Assembly (NCBI GenBank): GCA_963726195.1 | Contig: CAVSBO010000004.1 | Location: 192,001-256,000 of the forward strand | DNA from: Candidatus Thorarchaeota archaeon | GTDB taxonomy: Archaea; Asgardarchaeota; Thorarchaeia; Thorarchaeales; Thorarchaeaceae | DNA: 64,000 nt | Reading direction: 5' to 3' | Part shown: positions 9,834 through 20,727 of the stretch, piece by piece | Numbering within the stretch: the first letter of the stretch is position 1 | How the letters are laid out: each line of letters begins with the position of its first letter | Notes under the pieces: model-generated | Database searches by the model: none | Seen by the model: the letters and a program-made list of their open reading frames with translations, nothing else | What the model was told of the DNA's origin: nothing | Position numbers and translations under genes: made by a program

Positions 9834-11036
9834 CTAGTCAACTCTCAAGGCTACGCATGCGACGATGGCAGCCGCCACGACTATTCCTAGTATGAGCATT
9901 GCTCTCCAATCGAGCAACGGAGGTACAACGTGGTTCGGGTCCTCTTGGTCAAGAAGAGATGTGTAGCCAAGAATTCCGAGGGCTTGAACTGCTAGTCCTG
10001 CATTAGGAAGTGTGCCCACAGCAAGCCCCGGCACATTTCCCCAGCTGCCATCAGCAGCTTGGCATTGTGCTATGAACTGTGCCGCAGATTGCTCGTCGGC
10101 CTGAGCCAAGGCATTCAGAGCTTGCAGGCCCTCAATGGCATAGAATGTGCTTGCAAGGTTGGTGTCGTTTGTGCCTGGGCCTTCTTCAAAACCGCTTATT
10201 GTAATGCCTTGAACAGAGCCGCTGATTTGGCGGCTCAGTATCCAGTGCGCAATGTCGCCGCTTCCTGCTAGTGACGGCAACTGGTTGAGAGCGTCCAATG
10301 CGAGAATTGCTGCGACGGTCGGAGTGACACCCGTAATGGATGAGTTTGGACTGAGTTTGAAGCTGTTGCCGACGCGACAGCTAAGGATCCAATCCAGGGT
10401 CTTGGTTTCGTTGCGCAACCACCTGCTACGGTTCTCATCTGGTTTCAGTTGCAGAAGTGTGTTTAGAGACTGCAAAGCGAAGTATGTTGAGACAATATCT
10501 GGCGCACTACCAGAAGCGGTGCCAAACCCACCAGAGCTTGTCTGCGTCTTGTTGACATAGATTAGGGCTGCGGTCACGTTGAATTTGATAGTGTCCAGGT
10601 TTGGGATGTCGGTGATTTTGCTGAGAAGACTCCAGAGCTCCAACGCTGTCCAGGTGCTCTGTATGGTCACTGGGCCGGCGATGTACGTGCTAAACCCACC
10701 ATAACGGTTGTAGCTGTCTCCGCCAGATTTCCATTGAATCTTCTGGGTGAAATTCTTCATCTTGACGAGGTCTATCATAGGTGGTCTCGAAGAAAGGTAT
10801 CCAAGGCTGTTGAGTATCAGAGCCGCCGCTCCGGTCGCCTCTATCCGTGATGTGTTCTCTTTGGTGATGGAATATCCTCCTTGAACTGCGTCATATCGTC
10901 CTGCAACAAACGAAATCAGTGATTCCTTTCTAGTTGCAGGATTGGCCGAGGCGGGCTGGACCAGAAATGGCAGGATGATAAGGGCGAATGCAACAACCAA
11001 GCCAACAGTTCTGACCTTGCTCATGTCAAGACGCAC
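9834..11036 (-). CDS. Exported, C-terminally membrane-anchored prenyltransferase/squalene-oxidase-repeat protein
   Basis: Signal peptide; repeats QTSSGGFG..PDIVSTYFALQSL, RQ...GFEEG..NLASTFYAI, CQAADGSWG; C-terminal TM helix. Confidence 0.8.
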   Translation of the reverse strand: MRLDMSKVRTVGLVVAFALIILPFLVQPASANPATRKESLISFVAGRYDAVQGGYSITKENTSRIEATGAAALILNSLGYLSSRPPMIDLVKMKNFTQKIQWKSGGDSYNRYGGFSTYIAGPVTIQSTWTALELWSLLSKITDIPNLDTIKFNVTAALIYVNKTQTSSGGFGTASGSAPDIVSTYFALQSLNTLLQLKPDENRSRWLRNETKTLDWILSCRVGNSFKLSPNSSITGVTPTVAAILALDALNQLPSLAGSGDIAHWILSRQISGSVQGITISGFEEGPGTNDTNLASTFYAIEGLQALNALAQADEQSAAQFIAQCQAADGSWGNVPGLAVGTLPNAGLAVQALGILGYTSLLDQEDPNHVVPPLLDWRAMLILGIVVAAAIVACVALRVD

Positions 11037-11155
11037 CAGCGCTCAACGCGCTGAGGGCCGAATCGGGGTCCCGTTATTAATGTTACCGTCGTACAGGAAA
11101 TGCACGTGAGTGACTGCTGCGAATAGCAGCCTACATCCCAGCGGATAGTTGACTG

Positions 11156-12100
11156 TCACACTGGGCCGAGCTTCTTAGAGCGAACGTATCTGTAGGCCGC
11201 GTCTGCGGCGATTGCACCCTGACCGACAGCAACTGCAATCTGCTTCATTGAAGCCACAACGTCTCCGGCAGCGAATACTCCCCGAACGCTGGTCATCTGA
11301 TCTTTGTCGGTGATTATCTCTCCGCGCCTGTTGGTGGCCACGCCAATAGCTTTGGTAATCGTGCTCTCGGCATCCGACCCCAACGCTACGAATACACCGT
11401 CAACCACTAGCGACTTTGTTTCACCTGTTTGTACATTCTCGAGGAGCACTTCTTGGATCTGCTGGTCTCCTCTGAACTCTTTCACAGTGGTATTCCAAAT
11501 CAGCTCTATGTCCGTTTTGAACAGCTGGTCTTGCATTGCGTTTACGGCCCTGAGGGCATCTCGCCTATGAATTAAGTAGACCTTTCCCGCGACCTCGTGC
11601 AAATACAATGCTTCCGTGACAGCAGTATCCCCTCCCCCGATTACAGCAACTGTCTTTCCTCTGAAGAGAGGGCCATCGCATGTAGCGCAAAAGGAGACCC
11701 CTCTGCCCGTTAGTTCGTCTTCGCCCGGAACGTTGAGCTTCTTGTAGCCGCCACCGGTTGCAACAATCACAGCACGGGCATTGTAGTTGCCACGTCGCGT
11801 CTCCAAAATGAAATCGCCGCTCTTCTCAGGTCCCCGTATGCTTTTGACTTCCGTAATCTCCTTGATCTGCGCACCGCTCTTCTTGACCTGCTCTTTCATC
11901 CGTGTTGCTAGGTCGATTCCAACTACGAAAGTGAAGCCCGGGTAGTTCTCAATTCCGGGGCTTGTCGCCTGTGCTCCTCCAAGGACTTTAGACTCCAGCA
12001 AGAGCGTCTTGAGTCCATAACGGGCCGCGTAAATAGCGGCGGTCATACCCGCTGGTCCCCCACCTACGATGGCAAGTTCCCAACTAAGGTCCTCGGTCAT
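11156..12100 (-). CDS. trxB: Thioredoxin-disulfide reductase
   Basis: GGGPAG, GRGVSFCATCDG, VIGGGDTA, IHRRD, GVFAAGD. Confidence 0.95.
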   Translation of the reverse strand: MTEDLSWELAIVGGGPAGMTAAIYAARYGLKTLLLESKVLGGAQATSPGIENYPGFTFVVGIDLATRMKEQVKKSGAQIKEITEVKSIRGPEKSGDFILETRRGNYNARAVIVATGGGYKKLNVPGEDELTGRGVSFCATCDGPLFRGKTVAVIGGGDTAVTEALYLHEVAGKVYLIHRRDALRAVNAMQDQLFKTDIELIWNTTVKEFRGDQQIQEVLLENVQTGETKSLVVDGVFVALGSDAESTITKAIGVATNRRGEIITDKDQMTSVRGVFAAGDVVASMKQIAVAVGQGAIAADAAYRYVRSKKLGPV

Positions 12101-12173
12101 CAGGGTTCCACCATTGTAGGAAGCGCAATGAGCTGTATCATCGGTCGGAAGTCATCCTTAATCTCTCTTCTGG

Positions 12174-13021
12174 TCAGAACACACCTAGGTCTCTAGTAGC
12201 TTCGTCTGTCAGACCTTCCCCCGGCAACAGGGTGACTTTCTTGAGGGGTCTTAGCATGTCAGTGATTCGAGAGAGCGTCACTTCCCTAATTGGAGCGCTG
12301 TCATGTTTGGCAAGAGACACTGCAAGTCTGAACTTCTCCGGTTCGTAACTGAAGACATGGCCCGGACCGACAGCCAGCACGGTGTCTACTTTGTTAAGCC
12401 CTTCCCATGGCCATGCAGAATCATTGAACGCTTCAATCACAACGAAGTCGGATGTCTTCTCTAGTTCCTCGAACGACTCGCTCACAAACTCCTCAAAGCA
12501 ATCATTCTCAGTACTCTGAACTTCCTCAAGATGCTTGATTGGCCGCAGAGTCATGCCTGCCGACAGGCTGTCAGCTTGTTCAGGCGTGAGCAGGAGCTGC
12601 CCCTTCTGAATGAGGTCGTTGGCAATCATCATGGTTGATTGGATCCCGCTGCCCACAGGATGGCTCATTCTTTCCATCGCCAAGACCGAATCCCATCCAG
12701 CAAGACCGAGTGTACTGATGGGTCCCTTTCCCGGCCTCTGTAGATGCGCAGGCACATAGAGAGCGTGAACAGGGTTGACCACAAAATCATGGACTCTCGA
12801 GTGATAGACCTGCCTCACACGAGTTGCATCGTATGATACCACTTCTTGTTCTCCAGACAGTACTGGGTGTGCTCGTGCCTGTACCAATAGTTGTGTCCAC
12901 TAATGGGTTTGAAGAATTCGACCGCGTGCGTGTCCTTCATTCTCTGAATGAGCTGAATTGAGACTCCCGTTTTTCCAGAGTCAAAAGGATTCAGTCCAAC
13001 AACTAAGACACGATTAGCCAT
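12174..13021 (-). CDS. Predicted archaeal P-loop NTPase (COG4028-like); one frameshift near 12840
   Basis: ATG at 13021: RVLVVGLNPFDSGKT, FKPISGHNYWY. Continues in the second frame VSYDA...VVNPVH...VVIEAFND. Confidence 0.75.
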
Positions 13022-13050
13022 TGGACCCTCTCCAAGCAAAAGAAGAACTG

Positions 13051-13094
13051 AAAGACAAAAGAAGAAACGAGAGGGAGCCATGAGGCTCCGTCTC
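13051..13094 (-). terminator. Hairpin plus U-rich tract after thermosome gene
   Basis: Minus strand GAGACGGAGCC-TCAT-GGCTCCCTCTC followed by GTTTCTTCTTTTGTCTTT. Confidence 0.6.
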
Positions 13095-13104
13095 TTCTCG
13101 TGTT

Positions 13105-14769
13105 CTAATACATTCCTTCCATTCCGCCCATGCCGCCAGGACCACCTGGACCACCAGGGCCACCGGGGCCGCCTGCCGGAGGTCCACTAGACTTCGCGGC
13201 AATCACATCGTCGATTCTGAGGAGCATCTGTGCTGCTTCAGAAGCAGAACGGATCGCCTGTCTCTTGACACGGGTGGGCTCAATTACTCCCATCTTCATC
13301 ATATCAGCGGCGTGGCCGACAAACACATCTACACCAGACCAGATACCAGTTGGCTTTGTATGCTCCTTGTTCAGCTCAGCCATGATATCGATTGGGTCAT
13401 GCCCACCGTTCTCTGCCAGAGTCTTGGGTATAATCCTGAGAGCATCTGCAAAAGCCTCAATGGCGAGCTGCTCACGACCCTTGATTTCGGCTGCGTATGT
13501 TACAAGGCGCTTGGCAATCTCGGTCTCAATCGAACCACCGCCTGCGACGTAGGTACCGTCCTCGACCACGTTTCTGACGACTGAAAGAGCATCATGCATT
13601 GCTCTCTCTGCCTCATCGACAACGTGCTCAGTGCCGCCTCTGAGGACTATTGAAACGGCCTTCGGATTGTTGCAGTCTCTGACGTAGACGAGCTTGTCAT
13701 CACCAATCCTAACTTCCTCTACAAGACCTGCGGACCCGAGGTAGCTGGAATCGAGTTCCCCAAGGCTACTAGCAACTTTGGCGCCTGTTGCCTTCGCGAG
13801 CTTCTCGAGTGTGCTCTTCTTTGCCCTACGGATCGCCATGATGCCAGCCTTTGCCAGGAAGTGCTGCGCTACATCGTCAATTCCTTTCTGACAAACGAGG
13901 ACATTCACTCCGCTTGCGATGACTTTATCGACCATGTCCTTAATCATGTGCTCTTCTTCATCAAGGAAGGCCTTGATTTGGTCGGGCTTCTCGATTTTGA
14001 TTTCAGCATCGAACTCGGTCTTCTCGACCTCTATCGCAGCATCGACCAGCGCAATCTTCGCGCTCGTAACCTTTCTCGGCATGGCACTATGGACTACTTC
14101 CTTGTCAATGACTATACCCTTGACCAGTTCGGTCTCGGTGAGGCTCTTGCCCTGCTTCTTTGTGACCTCAATCATGTCGATGTCTGCCTTGTTCTTGCCA
14201 TCGACCTTCTCGACTATCTGCAGAATCGCATCGACTGCAATAGCAGAGAAGTGGTCTCTTGCACCGACAATGGACTTGCTGTTCATCGAAGTGTTCGCAA
14301 TCCCTATGAGAACTTTCTTGTCGAGACCATTCATCGTTACTGAGATTTGGTCGAGTATCTTGTTCGCTTCATCGGAAGCTTTCTGATATCCACCGACGAT
14401 AACGGTCGGGTGTATCTTCTTGTCAAGGAGCTCTTGAGCCCTCTTCAGGAGTTCGCCTGCGATAATCACAGAACTTGTAGTCCCGTCCCCCGTTTCTTGG
14501 TCTTGGCTCTTCGCGACCTCGACAAGCATCTTTGCAGCAGGATGCTGTACGTCAATCTCCTTCAGGATTGAAGCACCGTCGTTTGTAATCGTTACGTCAC
14601 CCAGCGAATCAACCAACATCTTGTCCATGCCGCGTGGACCAAGTGTGGACTTGATGGCATCGGATATCACAATGCCTGCCATGATGTTGTTTTGCTGGGC
14701 ATTCTTTCCCCGCGTTCGCTGAGTACCTTCTTTAAGAATCAGCACGGGGGTGCCGCTCAATTGTGCCAT
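13105..14769 (-). CDS. ths: Thermosome subunit (group II chaperonin)
   Basis: [35 protein letters not shown]; C-terminal GGP/GGM repeats. Confidence 0.97.
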   Translation of the reverse strand: MAQLSGTPVLILKEGTQRTRGKNAQQNNIMAGIVISDAIKSTLGPRGMDKMLVDSLGDVTITNDGASILKEIDVQHPAAKMLVEVAKSQDQETGDGTTSSVIIAGELLKRAQELLDKKIHPTVIVGGYQKASDEANKILDQISVTMNGLDKKVLIGIANTSMNSKSIVGARDHFSAIAVDAILQIVEKVDGKNKADIDMIEVTKKQGKSLTETELVKGIVIDKEVVHSAMPRKVTSAKIALVDAAIEVEKTEFDAEIKIEKPDQIKAFLDEEEHMIKDMVDKVIASGVNVLVCQKGIDDVAQHFLAKAGIMAIRRAKKSTLEKLAKATGAKVASSLGELDSSYLGSAGLVEEVRIGDDKLVYVRDCNNPKAVSIVLRGGTEHVVDEAERAMHDALSVVRNVVEDGTYVAGGGSIETEIAKRLVTYAAEIKGREQLAIEAFADALRIIPKTLAENGGHDPIDIMAELNKEHTKPTGIWSGVDVFVGHAADMMKMGVIEPTRVKRQAIRSASEAAQMLLRIDDVIAAKSSGPPAGGPGGPGGPGGPGGMGGMEGMY

Positions 14770-14868
14770 ATGACATTCACCTTATCATGTTCTATTGTAC
14801 TGATAGCGTTCTCATCTCAGCCTAGGCTGACGCCACCAGTCAAAACTGTACATGGACTTCGTGCTTAG

Positions 14869-14888
14869 CATTTAAAGATTACTTTCGA
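14869..14888 (-). promoter_or_regulatory. Candidate BRE/TATA promoter of thermosome gene
   Basis: Minus strand CGAAAGTAATCTTTAAAT: BRE-like CGAAA followed by TTTAAA, about 100 nt before the ATG. Confidence 0.55.
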
Positions 14889-15076
14889 ACCTCGCTCCAT
14901 CAGAGCCTCATAGTTCCCGTGTCTGTTCACGAATCATCGCGCTAAGTAGTGAGATATCCGTAACGATATGGTAGGGTGACATCGCGTTCCTTTTTCAGAG
15001 TCCTGCAGGCGATGCCCTTAATACAGACCCCCGCCTGGACCATTGGCGGTGCAAGGAGCATGGGAGTGAAGAGCCG

Positions 15077-15607
15077 TTGAGATGGTTCAGTGACCTCACA
15101 TTTCGCCAGATTGTGATATTGATGGTTATGGTGACGTTATTCGCACCTATTGCAGTGGGTAGCTTAATCGGTGCGTTGGCTGTGCCGGGGGGCAGTCAAG
15201 TTGAGTCTGTGGATTATGTCATCGTTGCACTGGTATGGTCATTCGGTTCCGGAAACACCTACTACAACTCAGGATTGTTCGTGTTTGAGCCGCTTCATAT
15301 TCTTGGCTATCTTTCCTTGACCTTCTTTCAGATTGTCTTTGGTGTGCTGGTTGTCCGTTACTGTCAAGACAAGTGCTCAAGAGGATGGGTAAATCTTGCG
15401 GCCATTGCGAGCATTGCGTTCCCGGTCCTTGTTTTGGCCTTGAAGATCCCGACCTACATTGCTTTACACGTACTGGCGTATGACGGGCCTGTACCTATTC
15501 AGCTAATCATCGGACTTCTATTGGTCAAATCACACAAGGTTCCGGGCAGCGATTCGCCTTGGTACAATGGAGAACAACAAACCGCTCGGGCCGCATCGGA
15601 ACATTAG
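15077..15607 (+). CDS. Hypothetical multi-pass membrane protein
   Basis: 4-5 hydrophobic segments; TTTAATA TATA-like element upstream near 15017. Confidence 0.7.
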   Translation: MRWFSDLTFRQIVILMVMVTLFAPIAVGSLIGALAVPGGSQVESVDYVIVALVWSFGSGNTYYNSGLFVFEPLHILGYLSLTFFQIVFGVLVVRYCQDKCSRGWVNLAAIASIAFPVLVLALKIPTYIALHVLAYDGPVPIQLIIGLLLVKSHKVPGSDSPWYNGEQQTARAASEH

Positions 15608-15794
15608 GAGTAGTCAAGGTGGGAGCAAGGAGGTTCCGGGACATGCAGTCGTGCTTAGCATTCAAAGACTACCTTCGAACCTAGTTGGAATTCTGAAGGT
15701 CCGGTATGTTCATTGGACGATCAGTGTCTCAGGTCGGTCAGGAAGAAACATAATCCACTACTGCTTCCGATGTACAGCAGGAGAACGGGCACGC

Positions 15795-16613
15795 ATGAAG
15801 GAAACGGACAAGTTCTTTGAGGCCAATCAGAAGCTCTGGGATGAGTTCTCCAAACTACATGTTGATTCCAAGACCTACAAGAAAAAGGAGTTCCTTGAAG
15901 GGGCAACAACGCTACACGCTTTGGAGCTCGAAGAACTGGGCAGTGTCAAGGGAAAGACACTCCTGCATTTACAGTGTCAGTTCGGACTAGATACACTTTC
16001 TTGGGCACGAGAGGGAGCCAGCGTGACTGGCGTTGATTTTTCGGGAGAATCTATTCGGCTGGCAAAAATGCTATCTGACCAAGCTGGACTCAAGGCCACA
16101 TTCATTCAGTCTAACATCTACGATTTGCCCAAAGTACTCGACAGGAAGTTCGACATCGTGTTTACCTCATACGGTGTTCTCTGCTGGCTGCCTGACTTGC
16201 GACAGTGGGCACAGATTGTAGCCCATTTCCTAAAGAGTGGAGGTGTCTTCTATATCGCTGAGTTCCATCCCATGATGTGGGTTTTCGATTGGGATACCCC
16301 TGACGGGTTCAGAATCGCACGCACTTACTTCCACAATCCCGTTCCAATTGAATCTCAAGCTGAGGCATCCTACGCGGAACCAAACAAGAGAATTGGGCCG
16401 TTCGTTGAATACGAATGGGCTCATGGACTAGGTGACGTGGTCACTGCCATAGCAGACGCCGGTCTGCGCATACGGTTTCTCCATGAATTTCCGCGCTCGC
16501 CATTCCAACAGATTCCCCGCTTGAAAGAGGCCGCGGACGGGTCATGGCACTTCGATGACCCAGAGATTCAGCTCCCCTTGACATATTCACTGTTGGCTAC
16601 AAAGGGACGCTAG
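15795..16613 (+). CDS. Class I SAM-dependent methyltransferase
   Basis: Likely start ATG 15795 (MKETDKFFEANQKLWDE); LLHLQCQFG, GVDFS, FDIVFTSYG, LKSGG.FY. Confidence 0.9.
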   Translation: MKETDKFFEANQKLWDEFSKLHVDSKTYKKKEFLEGATTLHALELEELGSVKGKTLLHLQCQFGLDTLSWAREGASVTGVDFSGESIRLAKMLSDQAGLKATFIQSNIYDLPKVLDRKFDIVFTSYGVLCWLPDLRQWAQIVAHFLKSGGVFYIAEFHPMMWVFDWDTPDGFRIARTYFHNPVPIESQAEASYAEPNKRIGPFVEYEWAHGLGDVVTAIADAGLRIRFLHEFPRSPFQQIPRLKEAADGSWHFDDPEIQLPLTYSLLATKGR

Positions 16614-16867
16614 AGACGAGCTTGTACAAGTGAAGTATCTTGCGCCACATGATGGCATGCTGGAAACCGACGCATGTATTTCGCCTCGGGAAAAGCTCTC
16701 ACCTCATCATGTTCTGCAGGACTTATGGCATTCCCGATTGCTGAGCGCAGAACTCCTCGGCTTCCTCTCTGCTGACGCCATTGCGCATGCCAAGGGGGTT
16801 GCTTCACTGAAGTCGAAAAGCATATTACCATGAATCGTTTCTTTGCGAAGCAAGGAGGATTTTCGTT

Positions 16868-19800
16868 TTGGGATCGTGCAAGAGAACACTCCTGTTGACA
16901 GTAGTGACAATCAGTTTTCTAATGCTTCAGAACGCAGCTTTGGTCAGCGCTGCAGCGCCTGGCTATACGAACTATACCGTATTTGGGTACGTCAAGGATA
17001 CTGCAGGCAACGCTATCAGCGGTGCAGCTGTAAACATCTACGACACACTTGACAAAGAGGTCTATTTCGGGTCAACGTCGACCGACGGCAATGGGTACTT
17101 CACCAAGACCATCAGCCTCAGATATGCTCCGGACGGCTTCTATTGTGTGGTTACCAAGTCTGGGTACCAAGATAATGCAGCGTACGGTACCCGCTCGGGA
17201 ACATCCATCAATATGGGTACAATACCTATGAACCCCTTGCCACCGCCTGCTCCTGATATCAATAGCTATGTGGTGACCGTTGGTGGTCTGAGGCAACTCA
17301 CTGTCAGTTGGATTGTTCTTTGGGGCGCTCGCTCCACTAGTTGTACCTGCAAATGCTATTGGAGTTATGACCCAAGCTTTGACGAAACTGAGGTAATATA
17401 CACTTACGCCTCCTCGAGTCTGCAGAAGTCGCACTCTGTGTCTGTTCCTCAGAACACACTCAGCATTTGTGCTCACACCTACTCGTACAGGATTTTGGCA
17501 CAGAGCAAGAATGGTGGCGGTGATTCACCATCGACTACGGTGGAAAAAACCTTCACTCTAACGGCCTGGAGAATCGCTCCCATGGGTGATGCTTGGACGT
17601 ATGCGAGTGACCCGAACTCGAACTTCAATGGTAACACCATTCGAGTCGTTGCGGGCTACCCAGCACTGCCTGGCTACGGGTGGTTGAAGTTCAATGTGCC
17701 GTACCCGGAACTCGTCAAATCTGCCACCCTCTATGCCTACGTCAATTCGCTGGAATCGAACGGCCACGGATCTATTAAGGCATATGAGAGCGGCACCAAT
17801 TGGAATGAAAACACAATAACCTATGCAAACTCATGGAATACCGTCAGTATAGGACAGATGATGGCAGTCGATTCAGAGGGCTCTGCTGGAGCTTGGGATT
17901 CATGGAACGTACTGCCCGCCGCCACCAAGAATCAGTTCATCTCCTTTCGGCTTACGGCTGTCCCACCAGTGGGAGGCTACTGGTACGGAGCTACGTACTA
18001 CTCAAAGGAATGGTCGGTCTTGGGCTCTAGACCCTACCTTGAGGTGGAATACTGGGGCGTTGCAGAAGAGGCCTGGCAACCAAGCGGCTTCATGAGCGAT
18101 ACCTTCGATGCCCCCACCCTGAGTCCAGTATGGAGCGTGCAGAGTGACCCTGGCAATCCTTGGTCATACAGACTCGGTGATTGGGGCGATTGTGGACAAA
18201 GGGCTCTGATTGTGTCAGGAACAGGTGCGATTACCCAGCAGTTGGGATACTGCTTCAGTCAGAACAACCTCCAAGTGACCGGGCCTTTCTTCTTTGAAAC
18301 GTGGGTAGAGATTCTCGCCGTAGAGGGTAGGATAGGAATCTCGCTGTACTCGGGTGGAACACCATACGCTGAGGTGTACTTCAGGTGGGGTTGGGGTGAG
18401 GGCTTCATCTCGGGCTCCAGCATACGAGGAAATCAGCCAGTCGAGACTGCGACCTACGACTATCAGGGGGATGGTTATCAACACTTGTACATAATGCGAG
18501 ACTGCAAAGGATTGGTATCCGCAGGTATTCTCAAAGACCCCTATACCAATCCCGATAATCTACCCACTGACATTACTATTGCTACCAATCGCAGGGAATT
18601 GCGATCATACGCGACTCCAAGCACAGAGACCCCATCCACCATCACTTCTGTCAAAATTCAAATGGTCGCCAAGCAGTATTTCGGAACAGGGAGTTTGGCT
18701 TGCCTTGAGATTAGATCCGACTCGTGGCTGGGCTTGGAGAACCCGAGACGATACTCCGACCCTATTCAAGGAGGACCCACCTACGCATGCTTCGAGTCTC
18801 CTCTACAGTGTTCTGATTTCCAATCCAGCAACGTCACCACGTACTGGAAAGACATACAAGGCCAGACACCCGTAGGGACCTTGTACAACTGGGGACCGCC
18901 TTTTGCGTGCTCCTGGCATGCGTCTAGTACGGGCTCGAGAGAGTACACGTTAATGCAGCAGCTTGTGAATGACAGGATTAGCATGACTCTTGATGCCATA
19001 CGAGGTAGGATAGTGAGCTTCAAGTTCTCGGCGCGCTACGACGCTGGTCCTGGGGCGGTCAGAGCAGTGATGAGGTACCACGTCGTAGGGCAAGCTGATC
19101 CAGTTGCCATTGCAGGGCCTTGGGTGCAGCTCGTGCAGGATGAATGGGTCGATGCGTCAGTAGATACGAGTCGCCCTCTTCCGCCTACAATTGACTGGCT
19201 ACAAGTCATCATGCAAGGAACAGCCGTCGGGACATCCCAGACTTTCAGCGGGTACTTTGACAATACAGGGTTCGGAATCAAGGAAGACAACTCTCTGTCT
19301 CTGGCCGCTACCGGTGGCAGTCTTGTGTCGTGCGGCTTGGCCGTCGTGCATGCCGCCTATGTCCCCTCGTTATATGAGGCCCGTCTGGTGACTGTTCTCA
19401 TCATTGAAGCAGGGAGCGGAACAACGCTAGACAGACTCTGGCTGGACGTGAAAGTAAGCGATGGTAAAGGCAGCATACATTGCACGGCCTTCGACGGTTC
19501 CAATCAGCCCAACGGGGTCTATCTAGAAGGCAACAATCAGCTGGTACAGCCATATGATCCGGCACCCATTGTAAACGCCTTGACAACTGCCGCTCTGGGG
19601 GCAAAGTGGTTCACGAGATTAATCCTCTTCTGTACTCCCGACGTGCCTTCCCCAGTCGGTTGGATCATTTCGGATGCCGTAGGATTGGGCTTTGATGGAC
19701 TAATATCGATGGAGAAGCAACAGGCTCCCAATCCCGACGGAGCCCCGAACAATCCAGCGCAGGCGCACTTCATTTATCAACCCAACACCCAGTATGCGAT

Positions 19801-19963
19801 GATCATTTTTGGACTTGATTGGACTCAGCTGCTGGTTCCAGCTGGAGCCAGTGACCCGATGATGCAAATAGACTTCACTGTCCAATTGTGTTCAGCAACA
19901 CATGTTGGGGGTTGGTGGAGGAATAGCGTCACGATGTTCTTGACAATGAATACACCTGTATAG
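16868..19963 (+). CDS. Large secreted multidomain protein (carboxypeptidase-regulatory-like, FN3-like, DNRLRE/CBM-like beta domains)
   Basis: AGGAGG RBS at 16853; signal peptide; GYVKDTAGNAISGAAV..TDGNGYF; GDAWTYASDPNSNF..LKFNV..SATLYAY..WNENTITY..SKE..RPYLEVEY. Confidence 0.75.
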   Translation: MGSCKRTLLLTVVTISFLMLQNAALVSAAAPGYTNYTVFGYVKDTAGNAISGAAVNIYDTLDKEVYFGSTSTDGNGYFTKTISLRYAPDGFYCVVTKSGYQDNAAYGTRSGTSINMGTIPMNPLPPPAPDINSYVVTVGGLRQLTVSWIVLWGARSTSCTCKCYWSYDPSFDETEVIYTYASSSLQKSHSVSVPQNTLSICAHTYSYRILAQSKNGGGDSPSTTVEKTFTLTAWRIAPMGDAWTYASDPNSNFNGNTIRVVAGYPALPGYGWLKFNVPYPELVKSATLYAYVNSLESNGHGSIKAYESGTNWNENTITYANSWNTVSIGQMMAVDSEGSAGAWDSWNVLPAATKNQFISFRLTAVPPVGGYWYGATYYSKEWSVLGSRPYLEVEYWGVAEEAWQPSGFMSDTFDAPTLSPVWSVQSDPGNPWSYRLGDWGDCGQRALIVSGTGAITQQLGYCFSQNNLQVTGPFFFETWVEILAVEGRIGISLYSGGTPYAEVYFRWGWGEGFISGSSIRGNQPVETATYDYQGDGYQHLYIMRDCKGLVSAGILKDPYTNPDNLPTDITIATNRRELRSYATPSTETPSTITSVKIQMVAKQYFGTGSLACLEIRSDSWLGLENPRRYSDPIQGGPTYACFESPLQCSDFQSSNVTTYWKDIQGQTPVGTLYNWGPPFACSWHASSTGSREYTLMQQLVNDRISMTLDAIRGRIVSFKFSARYDAGPGAVRAVMRYHVVGQADPVAIAGPWVQLVQDEWVDASVDTSRPLPPTIDWLQVIMQGTAVGTSQTFSGYFDNTGFGIKEDNSLSLAATGGSLVSCGLAVVHAAYVPSLYEARLVTVLIIEAGSGTTLDRLWLDVKVSDGKGSIHCTAFDGSNQPNGVYLEGNNQLVQPYDPAPIVNALTTAALGAKWFTRLILFCTPDVPSPVGWIISDAVGLGFDGLISMEKQQAPNPDGAPNNPAQAHFIYQPNTQYAMIIFGLDWTQLLVPAGASDPMMQIDFTVQLCSATHVGGWWRNSVTMFLTMNTPV

Positions 19964-19972
19964 AGGTGCAAC

Positions 19973-20019
19973 GGTGGGATTCTAGGCTCTGACCTTGATA
20001 CCCACCTTCCTTTTTATTT
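19973..20019 (+). terminator. Stem-loop plus T tract after the 1031-aa gene
   Basis: GGTGGG (19973) pairs with CCCACC (20001), followed by TTCCTTTTTATTT. Confidence 0.55.
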
Positions 20020-20727
20020 CCTGAAATCTCATAGCGCCTGACTGCTCGTATCACAACAACGGCGGCGGTCTAGGCAAAACCGAGAATCGGATCTAGTCCC
20101 GGCCATGCGGTTTGTATGCATAAAGAAGACTATCTAGGGGGCAGCCAAGGCTAGTCGAATTGCTTTGGCAAAGCCAAGGCCGTTCATCATGACGCAAGTC
20201 ATACCCTGACCTGAAGTGTCTATTGCCCATTTCGGAAGAGATTCTTGATTGGTGTAGTGCTGTCGATTCTATCTTTGGTTGGGGTCTTGGGTGTGGTTTG
20301 TCACCCTCGATGACTTCCGCCTAGGTACCCTGTGTTTCTCGCATCATCAACGGACCTGAGGATTGAGAAACTTCGATGTGTTCTTTCAGATTTGGTATGC
20401 TCAACGCGTTCGACAGTATGTCAATGAGTCGCGACGTGCTCCTTTGTCTGTTCGTGCAGATCCTTCCCGTTTTTGCCTGGCGCGATTTTCGCCCAAGCAT
20501 CATGCTCCGCAGGAAGCGTGATTGTCATAACGCTCTTGCCCTCTGGAAAGCACAACAGGTCGATGCTGCTGCAGAATCTTATGATCTCTAAGGGAAGTGA
20601 TTGCATGTCTGGATGTTGACGCCTCTATTGATGTATTTGGGCATGGACACGTTCTGGAACCAAATCCAGAGTTCATGTTCCTTTTCATCTGCTTCGGATT
20701 GCTCTCGTTGAGTCTGGGAGATCTTTC

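Noticed and set aside
13110-13185. GC-rich tandem repeat
   Set aside because: It encodes the usual GGP/GGM chaperonin tail; not a CRISPR or mobile repeat.
20040-20720. Short ORFs as transposase or toxin-antitoxin remnants
   Set aside because: No recognisable motifs, terminal inverted repeats or target duplications.
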